Of a DNA stretch of 64,000 bases, positions 46,174 through 54,819 are shown in pieces. Within the stretch, counting starts at the first letter, position 1; each line of letters begins with the position of its first letter. A model generated the notes under the pieces. That model searched no databases. It was not told the DNA's origin and saw only the letters and a program-made list of their open reading frames with translations. The DNA is from Chlamydiae bacterium CG10_big_fil_rev_8_21_14_0_10_42_34 (lineage in GTDB: Bacteria > Chlamydiota > Chlamydiia > Chlamydiales > SM23-39), in the NCBI GenBank assembly GCA_002773795.1, contig PFAD01000008.1, positions 206,481 through 270,480 of the forward strand, read 5' to 3'. Made by a program: the position numbers and the translations under genes.

Positions 46174-46479
46174 ATGTTTAGAACGGCTTTTCTTCTATTT
46201 TTTTTAGCTGTTTTTGTTCCTGGCTCTAGCATGACGAAAACCTCGTCTGAGGAACCCATTCTTATCGAAGATGACTCTGCCAATTATGATGAAAATGGAG
46301 CTCCTTACTGGACAGGGCCTGGAATGTATTGGGGGATCCATATTAATAATGAAGATGAGTATTGGAGACACTACAACCAAAGGTATCCAAAACAAAATCA
46401 AGTGCAACCGATGCGTAGAGCCGGGGATGGCCGTCGGGGAGTACGCGGTGATGAAGGGGTTACTCGTGGCCGCCAATAA
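46174..46479 (+). CDS. Small secreted protein (aromatic/Gly/Arg-rich)
   Basis: Signal peptide MFRTAFLLFFLAVFVPGSS. It shares YWTGPGMYWG with the next gene (TWYGPGWYYG). The tail is Arg/Gly-rich. Confidence 0.45.
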   Translation: MFRTAFLLFFLAVFVPGSSMTKTSSEEPILIEDDSANYDENGAPYWTGPGMYWGIHINNEDEYWRHYNQRYPKQNQVQPMRRAGDGRRGVRGDEGVTRGRQ

Positions 46480-46497
46480 TACAAAAGGAGTTGAAGG

Positions 46498-46791
46498 ATG
46501 AAAAAGATTTTAGTGATGTTGTTCTTGCTTGCAGGAGTAAGCTCGCTCTCTGCGATGGTGCGAGCTGGCGTTGATATAGGCCCAGAAGCAGGCTATTACG
46601 ACGATGGATATTACTACAATACTTGGTATGGTCCAGGTTGGTACTACGGGAATTACTATTCAGATTATCCATCTTATTATGCTTGGCAGCGCCGCTATTA
46701 CAATGGTGCTCCCTATTACTGGCGCTATAGACACTATGATGGTGGTAGATATTATGGTCGCCACGAAAGACGCTATTATAGACGCCACTAA
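46498..46791 (+). CDS. Small secreted extremely Tyr-rich protein
   Basis: SD AAGGAG upstream and signal peptide MKKILVMLFLLAGVSSLSA. The mature part is Y/G/R/W-rich (23 Tyr in 97 aa by my count). Confidence 0.55.
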   Translation: MKKILVMLFLLAGVSSLSAMVRAGVDIGPEAGYYDDGYYYNTWYGPGWYYGNYYSDYPSYYAWQRRYYNGAPYYWRYRHYDGGRYYGRHERRYYRRH

Positions 46792-46882
46792 GAGATCTAT
46801 TAAAGTTAGGTTCTGCCCCCAATTTTGAATTTATACAGCAAGATAGGGGGTATGGCCGTTCTCAAATTGATATTAATTCGAC

Positions 46883-48607
46883 TTGGGGAGAGAATATACC
46901 TTGTGTAAAGGTGCATTTGTGTTCAGAGAATTCATTCCTAAGTCTTATCTTTATCTCAGATCTGGCTATACAGCCAGAATTTTTCGCAAAGATCTTATAG
47001 CTGGGCTTACGGTGGGAATTATTGCCCTGCCTCTTGCTATGGCCTTTGCGATTGCATCTGGAGTGCCTCCTGAGCGGGGTCTTTTTACAGCAATTATTGC
47101 AGGATTTTTGATTTCTGCGCTCGGTGGTAGTCGTATCCAAATTGGGGGGCCTACCGGTGCTTTTGTTGTCATTATCTATGACATCATACAGCGTAGTGGC
47201 TACGATGGTTTGGCGGTTTCTACACTTCTTGCTGCTGTTTTTTTGATCCTTTTTGGCTTGTTTCGGCTAGGTTCTTGGATTAAATACGTCCCATACCCAC
47301 TTGTAACAGGGTTCACAACAGCGATTGCGGTCATTATTTTCTCTACGCAAATCAAAGATTTTTTTGGTTTAAGTATGGGAGTGCCTCCAGCTAATTTTAT
47401 TGATAAATGGGTAGTTTATGCCTCCGTTTTTTCTACCATCCATTTTCCTACATTTTTTCTAGGCGCAGGAACTTTTGCTGTTATCCTTTTGGTTCGACGA
47501 TTCATACCAAAGCTGCCTTGGGCCATTGCTGCCATCGTCTTTGGAACCTTACTTGCTTATCTTCTGAATCTTCCTGTTGAAACAATTCAGACGAAATTTG
47601 GTCAAATTCCAAACGAACTGCCCGTCCCTTTATTTCCCTCATTTGATCTTCCCGATGTGAAGCTCTCTATGCTTTTTATGGATGCAATGACAATTGCTTT
47701 TTTAGCATCGATTGAATCTCTTTTATCTGCGGTTGTGGGTGATGGAATGATGGGGGGGCGTCATAAGGCGGATTGTGAACTTGTCGGTTTAGGGATTGCC
47801 AATTGCGCATCGATTCTTTTTGGAGGGATTCCGGCAACAGGCGCGATTGCTCGGACCGCTACAAACGTGAAGACAGGGGCTCAAACGCCGATGGCGGGCA
47901 TGATTCATGCGCTGACCTTATTTTTGATTATGTTATTTTTTGCCCCCTTAGTGAGTCAGATTCCTTTGACTTGTTTGGCAGCTATTTTGATCATGGTCTC
48001 ATGGAACATGTCGGAAGCTGGTCACTTTATCAGTCTTTTTAAAACATCGGTTGGGGATATCGCGATTTTGCTTACAGCGTTTCTTCTCACTATATTTGTC
48101 GATATTACTGTAGCGGTTACTCTTGGGATGATTTTAGCTTCATTTTCCTTTATGAAAAGGATGAGTCTATTATCAAAAACTGTCCGTCTTAATACTGTTT
48201 TTCGAGATTCTCAAGAGGAATTCCCCGAAAGAACAGATCCTGATGCAATCAGTAATAAAACGGTTCCTTTAGGTGTTGAGGTTTACGAAATTGAGGGGCC
48301 ATTCTTTTTTGGCGCGGCAGATATGCTCAAAGACATTTTAAACAACCTTGAAAGGCCCCCAAAAGTCTATATTCTCCGGATGCGCTACGTTCCATTTATC
48401 GATGCATCAGGGATGCATGCCTTAAATGAATTTTATCTAAATTGCGCTAAGGGCAATACAACTCTTATCCTTTCTGGTATCCAAGGCCAAACAAAAAAAG
48501 ATCTCGATCGCTATGGGATGAGTGAGTTAGTTGGAAAATCCTATATCTTTGCTCATATAGATGATGCATTGGCTAAGGCAAAAGAACTCGTAAGTGTGGA
48601 TGTTTAA
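46883..48607 (+). CDS. SulP family anion permease with C-terminal STAS domain
   Basis: It has DLIAGLTVGIIALPLAMAFAIASG, GGPTGAF, and a STAS tail (YILRMRYVPFIDASGMHAL). There is no in-frame ATG near the 5' end, so the start is TTG or GTG and uncertain. Confidence 0.85.
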   Translation: MGREYTLCKGAFVFREFIPKSYLYLRSGYTARIFRKDLIAGLTVGIIALPLAMAFAIASGVPPERGLFTAIIAGFLISALGGSRIQIGGPTGAFVVIIYDIIQRSGYDGLAVSTLLAAVFLILFGLFRLGSWIKYVPYPLVTGFTTAIAVIIFSTQIKDFFGLSMGVPPANFIDKWVVYASVFSTIHFPTFFLGAGTFAVILLVRRFIPKLPWAIAAIVFGTLLAYLLNLPVETIQTKFGQIPNELPVPLFPSFDLPDVKLSMLFMDAMTIAFLASIESLLSAVVGDGMMGGRHKADCELVGLGIANCASILFGGIPATGAIARTATNVKTGAQTPMAGMIHALTLFLIMLFFAPLVSQIPLTCLAAILIMVSWNMSEAGHFISLFKTSVGDIAILLTAFLLTIFVDITVAVTLGMILASFSFMKRMSLLSKTVRLNTVFRDSQEEFPERTDPDAISNKTVPLGVEVYEIEGPFFFGAADMLKDILNNLERPPKVYILRMRYVPFIDASGMHALNEFYLNCAKGNTTLILSGIQGQTKKDLDRYGMSELVGKSYIFAHIDDALAKAKELVSVDV

Positions 48608-48638
48608 AAATACCATTCACCTTTGTAGCCCGGACAAA

Positions 48639-48941
48639 CTATTGGGAAAGCTTACCTTTTTTTGCAGAAGTCGGTAAGGCGTTTTGAAATGCGTGATTCG
48701 TTTGCTGAAGCACTGTGCTTTGTTTTTCGGTTGTTGAAAATGCAGTGGCTGTGGAAAGTAAATAAAATCCAGAAAGACCTATAAACCATTTGCTAGCTAA
48801 CAAAATATCTCCATGCTCTGATGCTTCCTTCATTTTATTAGCCATATAGGCAGAGATCGATAGCGTTGGAGTCGTGATTAAAGTAAATGGGTGCTCTTTC
48901 ACTAGCTTTATTGCGTAATTAAGTGGATTGATTGTGCTCAT
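48639..48941 (-). CDS. Small hypothetical membrane protein
   Basis: I trimmed it to the ATG (MSTINPL...) that lies 1 nt after the adk stop (TAAAATG). It has one hydrophobic segment (WFIGLSGFYLLSTATAF). Confidence 0.4.
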   Translation of the reverse strand: MSTINPLNYAIKLVKEHPFTLITTPTLSISAYMANKMKEASEHGDILLASKWFIGLSGFYLLSTATAFSTTEKQSTVLQQTNHAFQNALPTSAKKGKLSQ

Positions 48942-48942
48942 T

Positions 48943-49704
48943 TTAGTCTCGTCTGGGTAGACCGTTGAAAAGGTCGGTAACATCTTTAAATATTTGTGTT
49001 TTTTCTTTGTCCGCTTTAAGGCGATACATGCAGCCCAAACGGTCGTAATACTCAATTAAAGGTTCGGTTTCTTTGTGATATGTTTGTAATCTTTTTTGTA
49101 CTGTTATTTCCTCTACATCGTCTTCTCTTTGATACAGTTTTCCTCCGCATTCATCACAGTTTCCGTTTTTAGGGCGATTATAGACCGTGTCATAAGTGTG
49201 CCCACATCCGTAACATGCGATTCGTCTCTTAATTCTTTCGACAACAGATGAATCAGGAAGGTCAAAGTAAAAAGCATAAATGCGAGTTTTAAGGGGTCCC
49301 TGTCCCTTCCTCAGCTCTTCTGCTTGAGCTAAATTTCTTGGAAATCCATCTAAAATAGCCCCTCTGTCGCAATCACTTTCTAATAGGCGATTGTTGAGAA
49401 TATCTAAAATAAGCTTTTCAGGGACAAGGATCCCCATTTCTAGATATTTTTTTACTTGTAAACCGTGCGGTGTTTGCTCATGCATATGCTTTCGAAGCAA
49501 ATCTCCTGTAGAGATGTGGGGCAATTTCGACATTTTGCTTAAGGGCCCTGCGTGCGTCCCTTTTCCAGATCCAGGTGGCCCTATCAGAGAAATACAAATT
49601 CTTTCGATTGCTGTTCGAGGATTCTCATATTTACGGTAAGTATGAGCGCCCATGAGAGTTTTCAGTGTGGATTTATATTTGGATAGAGTCGAAACGCATG
49701 CCAT
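48943..49704 (-). CDS. adk: Adenylate kinase (long form, zinc lid) with N-terminal extension
   Basis: P-loop GPPGSGKGTHA, ISTGDLLR, LDGFPRN, and lid CYGCGHTY...CDECGG. About 40 residues precede the P-loop strand, or about 22 from the internal Met. Confidence 0.85.
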   Translation of the reverse strand: MACVSTLSKYKSTLKTLMGAHTYRKYENPRTAIERICISLIGPPGSGKGTHAGPLSKMSKLPHISTGDLLRKHMHEQTPHGLQVKKYLEMGILVPEKLILDILNNRLLESDCDRGAILDGFPRNLAQAEELRKGQGPLKTRIYAFYFDLPDSSVVERIKRRIACYGCGHTYDTVYNRPKNGNCDECGGKLYQREDDVEEITVQKRLQTYHKETEPLIEYYDRLGCMYRLKADKEKTQIFKDVTDLFNGLPRRD

Positions 49705-49750
49705 TTGTCACCTCTAGTAAGTTCGATCTAGATAATAAGGCCAGCCTTAT

Positions 49751-50488
49751 TTACTGTGCTGGCGCCATTGGTATAGCTTCAATCACATCGTGAAATACTT
49801 GAGATTTGTCGTTTTGACTATCGATCTCGTGAAGTACTTCGGACTTTTTAGAGTAATATTCAATGAGAGGTTCAGTCTGTACTCGGTAGACTTCTAAACG
49901 TTTTTTAACAATCTCTTCACAGTCATCTGCCCTTTGATAGATTTGCCCATTGCAAAGATCGCAAACCATCTCTTTTTTTGGTGGATCAAATTTTTTGTGA
50001 TAGGGACGCCCACACTCTTTACACGCAATACGACCTGTAATCCTTTCGATAATTGTGGAATCAGGGAGGTTGAAATTAAGGGCTATGACTTTATTTGATT
50101 CGATCCGTTCATCAAGTGCTTTTGCCTGAGCGATGGTTCGAGGAAATCCATCTAAAATATATCCACCTTTACAGTCAGCCCTTGAGACGCGATCAAACAG
50201 CATGTCTAATACAAGCTCATCGGGGACAAGTTGACCCTTGTCGATAAATTCTTTGGCTTTAACGCCGAGTGGGGTTTGACCTCGAATGTGCTCTCGGAAA
50301 AGATCTCCCGTTGATATGTGGGGGAGATGTAGCTCTTGGCTTAATGGCCCTGCGTGTGTCCCTTTTCCTGAGCCGGGAGGGCCCATTAAAATGATGACAA
50401 GAGGTTTATTTTCTGAGCGATTCGTTGTAAACGTCTCGCCAGCAGATAGAGCGCTGAGCATAAAGACAAATCCAGTAAGCCATTTCAT
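49751..50488 (-). CDS. adk: Adenylate kinase paralog with predicted Sec signal peptide
   Basis: It has the same motifs (GPPGSGKGTHA, ISTGDLFR, LDGFPRT, lid CKECGRPY...CDLCNG), preceded by MKWLTGFVFMLSALSAGE. Confidence 0.85.
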   Translation of the reverse strand: MKWLTGFVFMLSALSAGETFTTNRSENKPLVIILMGPPGSGKGTHAGPLSQELHLPHISTGDLFREHIRGQTPLGVKAKEFIDKGQLVPDELVLDMLFDRVSRADCKGGYILDGFPRTIAQAKALDERIESNKVIALNFNLPDSTIIERITGRIACKECGRPYHKKFDPPKKEMVCDLCNGQIYQRADDCEEIVKKRLEVYRVQTEPLIEYYSKKSEVLHEIDSQNDKSQVFHDVIEAIPMAPAQ

Positions 50489-50542
50489 AGGAACAATGGG
50501 ATATAATAAGCGAGCCCGATAGAAAAATTCAAGGGTGTTTTT

Positions 50543-50977
50543 TTACGAAAAATTGATGTGGAATGTTTTTCCAGTCTTGATGGAATTGCTCACTGCACAA
50601 TCCTTGATAGCCCCATCGAGGAGTTTGCGAGCTTTTTCCTGATCTGAGGCTCCCGAAATATCTAGGAATATATCGGCTTGCGTCATTGCAAATCCACTTT
50701 GACCACTTAGTTTGTCTAAAGTGAGGTCCACTTTTCCTTTGATTTCCTGAAATCCGACATTGCCTTTTTCGCAATAGACCTTAAAGGTTGCAATCAGGCA
50801 GTTCAGAAGTGAAATTGCAAATAGATCTTCTGGAGAATAGCCGCCGCCAGGTCCCATAAATTCAGGGGGAATTGCTGAGGGAATAGGGGGGAGATCATGG
50901 CTGTTCGCGATCCACTGGCTACTTAAGCCTGGTTTCGCTTTTGCCTCAACTTCGAATTTCATTGGAAATTTGATCAT
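50543..50977 (-). CDS. OsmC/Ohr family peroxiredoxin-like protein
   Basis: PEDLFAISLLNCLIATF and AIKDCAVSNSI carry the two conserved Cys of the OsmC family. Confidence 0.8.
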   Translation of the reverse strand: MIKFPMKFEVEAKAKPGLSSQWIANSHDLPPIPSAIPPEFMGPGGGYSPEDLFAISLLNCLIATFKVYCEKGNVGFQEIKGKVDLTLDKLSGQSGFAMTQADIFLDISGASDQEKARKLLDGAIKDCAVSNSIKTGKTFHINFS

Positions 50978-51317
50978 ACTTACTGGGATAACATGTGAGG
51001 ACGTTTATCGTCACCAATTTTCTTGAAATATTGTCAAAAATCAAGTATAATTTTGATACCTATTTGGAGAGTATAATGCGTGATCTAGGACAACAAATCT
51101 TACTCGATCTTTCTAAAGGCTTAGGTTTTGGCCTTCTTTATAATCCCGTTATTGGTAAGGTTCCTAAAGAGCACTATCCTATTACTCTTCGAATGCGCCG
51201 CTGTCGCCGTTTTAGCGCGACCCCACCTAAGTAAATTGCTTATTGAGCTTTTTTGCCTACCTAAGCGATGAAAAAATGCTTGTATAAACTTGGCTGAAGT
51301 GCTAAACCCACTACTCT

Positions 51318-52280
51318 TTGTTGAATCAATTTAAGAGGTATGGCTTGACGCAAGCTCTTCCCTACTCTAAAACAAGTTCCCTAATTTTTGATGAGAGTTT
51401 AGAATTATCAATGGTTCGTTGGCTCGATCGCCTGAACGCTAAAAGGTTAAGCTGGGAGCAATTTTTGCAGAAAATTAAAGACCCTCTTTCTCTATCTCGA
51501 GTCGCAACAACGCAAAAAGGGAGCTCACTGCTCCATTTAGCGGTTTTAGACAATCGTCTCGATGTGATTCAAATATTGAAAAAAGATCCTAGTTTAAAGA
51601 TGAAACGCGATGCATATGGTTTGAGCCCTATTGAACTTGCTAAATTTTTGGATCGCAAGGAGGCTCTTAAACTTTTAGATCCTCTTGCTGAAGTAGCTAC
51701 GTTTCCGAATTTGCCTGAGCTGGAAAAATTTGAATACTTGACCCACCCCGTTTTTGAATCAAAAGAGGGCCTCGCCCAAGTTTTAGCGCTGACTGATAAA
51801 GCAAAAGAAGAAGACACAATCCCTGCTGAAAAAATATGGATGGGCGTTTACTTTGACAAAGAAATACGTGGAGGAAGCCATCCTCCAGTTTCGATTCAAC
51901 ATATTGATGAGGAAATAGGCTATGGCGTTTTCGCCGACAAAAAGATACCAGCCTGTGCGTTTGTTGGAGAGTACACAGGTGTTGTTCTTGCAAAAACCCC
52001 TCGTCAGCTAAAAGACAAGACAAACTGTCTCAGATATACGATGTGGGAAGGGAAAAAAAATTTTGCTATAGACGCAGAAGAAAAAGGGAATTTTACCCGC
52101 TTCATCAATCATAGTTCAAATCCAAACCTCTGTTTGCAATCTGTATATTTAGGTGGGATTCCCCGCATGATTTTTGTTGCCCTCAGAGAAATTCGTGCGG
52201 GCACTCAACTAAGCTTTGATTACGGCCCTCTTTACTGGAAAAACCTCCCAGCCCCTAAAGATCTGCTCGATGATTTTTAA
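51318..52280 (+). CDS. Ankyrin-repeat + SET-domain protein lysine methyltransferase
   Basis: The ankyrin part is GSSLLHLAVLDNRLDVIQIL...DAYGLSPIELA. The SET part is GYGVFA, GEYTG, RFINHSSNPN and GTQLSFDYG. The start is non-ATG and uncertain (TTG at 51318 or 51345). Confidence 0.8.
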   Translation: MLNQFKRYGLTQALPYSKTSSLIFDESLELSMVRWLDRLNAKRLSWEQFLQKIKDPLSLSRVATTQKGSSLLHLAVLDNRLDVIQILKKDPSLKMKRDAYGLSPIELAKFLDRKEALKLLDPLAEVATFPNLPELEKFEYLTHPVFESKEGLAQVLALTDKAKEEDTIPAEKIWMGVYFDKEIRGGSHPPVSIQHIDEEIGYGVFADKKIPACAFVGEYTGVVLAKTPRQLKDKTNCLRYTMWEGKKNFAIDAEEKGNFTRFINHSSNPNLCLQSVYLGGIPRMIFVALREIRAGTQLSFDYGPLYWKNLPAPKDLLDDF

Positions 52281-52869
52281 AAAAGATGAAGTTCAACTTT
52301 CTTTAGCCCAGTTTGAAAAATCAAGTGGCGCGAAATGGATTACGCAGCTTTCCTTCGAAAATCCCAAAATTTTAGGAGCCATAGAAAAAGAGGGGAGAAA
52401 ACTGTATAAAAAAGGGGAGATGACTCTTGAGCAAACGTGGTTTGGTAAATACTACGGAAAAGAGATCCGTTCCTCCTTTACCCCTTCGCTTGAAATCCGC
52501 TGGATAGATGAGACTTTAGGGTGGGGCGTTTTTGCTCTCGAAAACTTAAAAAAAATGCAGTTTGTCGCAGAGTATGTCGGAAATGTCCGAAAAAGACGAC
52601 GCCACGATATTAAAAATGCTTACTGCTTTGAGTATGTTCTTGTTCAAGGAATCGGCTCATCTTATACAATTGATGCACTCGATCAGGGGGGCGTCTCACG
52701 CTATATCAATCATAGTGAAAATCCCAATTTAAACTCAGCTTTGGCAACCATTGATGGGGTAAGTCACGTAATTTTATACGCGAAAGTACCGATTGCTAAA
52801 GGCGAGCAGCTTTGTTATGATTACGGCCCCGATTACTGGTCTAAGCGGACGGCCCCAAAACCTTTATGA
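52270..52869 (+). CDS. SET-domain protein lysine methyltransferase (tandem paralog)
   Basis: It has GWGVFA, AEYVGNV, RYINHSENPN and GEQLCYDYG. The ATG at 52270 overlaps the upstream SET gene by 11 nt. Confidence 0.8.
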   Translation: MIFKKDEVQLSLAQFEKSSGAKWITQLSFENPKILGAIEKEGRKLYKKGEMTLEQTWFGKYYGKEIRSSFTPSLEIRWIDETLGWGVFALENLKKMQFVAEYVGNVRKRRRHDIKNAYCFEYVLVQGIGSSYTIDALDQGGVSRYINHSENPNLNSALATIDGVSHVILYAKVPIAKGEQLCYDYGPDYWSKRTAPKPL

Positions 52870-53726
52870 AACTGTTTTTCTTTTTATTTTTGACCTGCGG
52901 ACTTTTTGCAACGGTAAACGAGCCTTTGCGCTGTGAGGTGTTTTCTGGATACCGCAATGACAGAATCCATTGGCATTTGCAGAATGCAGGGGATGGGGGA
53001 GCTCTTACCTATAGAGAACTTTATCGCGATATTCAGTACTGGGAAAATGGACTTACTCTTAAGGTAATTCATAGAGATCTTACGTTTTATATGCGCGGGT
53101 CTTATGGAACATTTGGCAGGGGGACCGTTTCTCAAAGATACCCAAATATCACATCGCGATTTCACTTCGATACAGAAGGTTGGACCGCCGATGCAGTTGG
53201 TTACTTTGGCTATGCGGTTAATCTAACTGCAGGGAGAACCTACAAAGTACTTCTCGTCCCCTTAGTGGGCTATTCCGCCTATTTTGAACAGCTCAGGAGA
53301 GGGGATTCAACACAAACGTTAGGATCTTTTTCAACATCTCTTCCAGGGACATTTCGCCTTGTTTGGAATGGTTTTTTAGTGGGAGCTGGTATCACAGTAG
53401 AGACAACGGGAAGGTTTGTTTTTAATGTGGGATATTCACATCACTTTATCCACAACCGTATCCATACTAAATTCAAAAATTCTACGGTTTTAATGGAGTC
53501 GGTCAAGACAAGTTCAGGGGGTAACGGGGGACAAACTGGCTGGGCTCAAATAGACTGGATTGCCGATCGGTTGTGGCGAATAGGGATAGGGAGTCAAATC
53601 CACTATTTTTCAACACGCGTTGTCGATGCGAAAATTGAGCAATCAAATGTTCCAAGTTTTTCAGAAAAACTTAAGCTCCGCTGGACCTCTGTTTCTGGCT
53701 GGGCGCAAATATCGAGGCAATTTTGA
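52866..53726 (+). CDS. Putative outer membrane beta-barrel protein
   Basis: Signal peptide MKLFFFLFLTCGLFA, alternating aromatic strands, and a terminal ...AQISRQF. It overlaps the upstream SET gene by ATGA. Confidence 0.5.
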   Translation: MKLFFFLFLTCGLFATVNEPLRCEVFSGYRNDRIHWHLQNAGDGGALTYRELYRDIQYWENGLTLKVIHRDLTFYMRGSYGTFGRGTVSQRYPNITSRFHFDTEGWTADAVGYFGYAVNLTAGRTYKVLLVPLVGYSAYFEQLRRGDSTQTLGSFSTSLPGTFRLVWNGFLVGAGITVETTGRFVFNVGYSHHFIHNRIHTKFKNSTVLMESVKTSSGGNGGQTGWAQIDWIADRLWRIGIGSQIHYFSTRVVDAKIEQSNVPSFSEKLKLRWTSVSGWAQISRQF

Positions 53727-53773
53727 ATAACCCCCATTCTTACCCAAGACCTCCCTCTAAAGAGCAGCTCATC

Positions 53774-54475
53774 ATGGGCTCTCATGCAATCGATGAACTG
53801 TTGCGCTTTGCTCCAGAAAAAATTGTGAAAGTTTACACAGTAGCTTCTAAGGACTCTCCCGTTCTGAAGCTCTGTGAAAAGGAAAAGATTCCAATCACCT
53901 TTGTGAAGATGGATCAACTCACTAAGATGGTCGATTCCGACTCTCATCAAGGGCTTGTAGCTCAGATAAAGCCTCGGAAATATCTCGATGTGAAAGAATT
54001 CCTAAAGCAAGCTGAAGAAAACTCCTTAGTCCTCATGCTCGATCAGATCTTCGATCCTCAAAACTTTGGCGCCTTAATCCGTAGTGCGGAGTGTTTTGGT
54101 GTCTCAGCTGTTGTATGGTCGAAAAACCGGGGAGCCGATTTAACCCCAGTTGCAGCAAAAACAAGCTGCGGAGCCAGTGAGCTCATCCCACTTATCCGGA
54201 TTTCTAATCTTGCTACGGCGGTTGATCAGTTTAAAGACGGCGGATTTGAGGTTGTGGCCTCTTTATTAGAGCCAACCTCTGAATCTGCCTTTGGATTTAG
54301 CTACTCTTCTAAAACGCTCCTGATAATGGGCTCGGAAGGGGAGGGGATTCAGCCTCTTTTGCAAAAAAAAGCCGATCGTTCGATCTATTTACCGATGAAG
54401 GGAAAGGTGGCTTCGTTAAATGTTGCTCAGGCCGCGTCAGCTTTGCTTGCGCTTTGGAGCTTTGGGCCAAGGTAA
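53774..54475 (+). CDS. rlmB: 23S rRNA 2'-O-ribose methyltransferase, SpoU/TrmH family (RlmB-like)
   Basis: N-terminal GSHAIDELL. The SpoU motifs LDQIFDPQNFGALIRSA, LIMGSEGEGI and SLNVAQAASALL are present. I prefer this ATG to the upstream TTG at 53723. Confidence 0.8.
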   Translation: MGSHAIDELLRFAPEKIVKVYTVASKDSPVLKLCEKEKIPITFVKMDQLTKMVDSDSHQGLVAQIKPRKYLDVKEFLKQAEENSLVLMLDQIFDPQNFGALIRSAECFGVSAVVWSKNRGADLTPVAAKTSCGASELIPLIRISNLATAVDQFKDGGFEVVASLLEPTSESAFGFSYSSKTLLIMGSEGEGIQPLLQKKADRSIYLPMKGKVASLNVAQAASALLALWSFGPR

Positions 54476-54745
54476 AGAAACGCTTGTTTGTCCATGGCTA
54501 GAGAGCCAAACAGCAACGTCGATCTCTAACGTTTTTGCTTTTGCAATTACCTCTTCAATTTCGTCCCAAGTCTCTGAAAGACTCGCCTCATCGAGCAACG
54601 TTAAGAGGCTGTTATAGTAGCTGCTTTCTAAATCGACCATCCCATCGTCGACGCAACGGGTCAAGTTGGTGAGGATCGCCTTAAGGTTGTCTATCGTATC
54701 ACTCTTAGCATCAAGAAATTCAAGAATACTAGGATCTTTCGCCAT
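54437..54745 (-). CDS. Small acidic hypothetical protein
   Basis: 102-aa ORF. Its 3' end overlaps the rlmB 3' end by 39 nt. I recognise no motif. Confidence 0.35.
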   Translation of the reverse strand: MAKDPSILEFLDAKSDTIDNLKAILTNLTRCVDDGMVDLESSYYNSLLTLLDEASLSETWDEIEEVIAKAKTLEIDVAVWLSSHGQTSVSLPWPKAPKRKQS

Positions 54746-54819
54746 AATACACGCTCTAGTTAATTTTGATTATATCCAATTTCGCATTTAAATACTAATT
54801 AACTAAGGCGTGTGATTAT

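Noticed and set aside
46460-46822. 120-aa minus-strand ORF covering the Tyr-rich gene.
   Set aside because: It is the low-complexity reverse translation of TAT/TAC-rich sequence. The plus-strand ORF has a signal peptide, an AAGGAG SD, and a paralogous neighbour.
48942-49055. The long form of ORF 48639..49055, which overlaps the 3' end of adk by 113 nt.
   Set aside because: An internal ATG lies 1 nt after the adk stop and gives a non-overlapping, coupled gene, so I trimmed to 48941.
50529-50774. 81-aa ORF overlapping the OsmC-like gene in another frame.
   Set aside because: It is a shadow frame within a gene that has clear OsmC motifs.
50995-51234. 79-aa ORF (or a 52-aa version from the ATG at 51076 with GGAG upstream) in the gap before the ANK-SET gene.
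   Set aside because: It has no recognisable motif. The GGAG/TATAAT there could equally belong to the promoter region of the SET operon. I left it unannotated.
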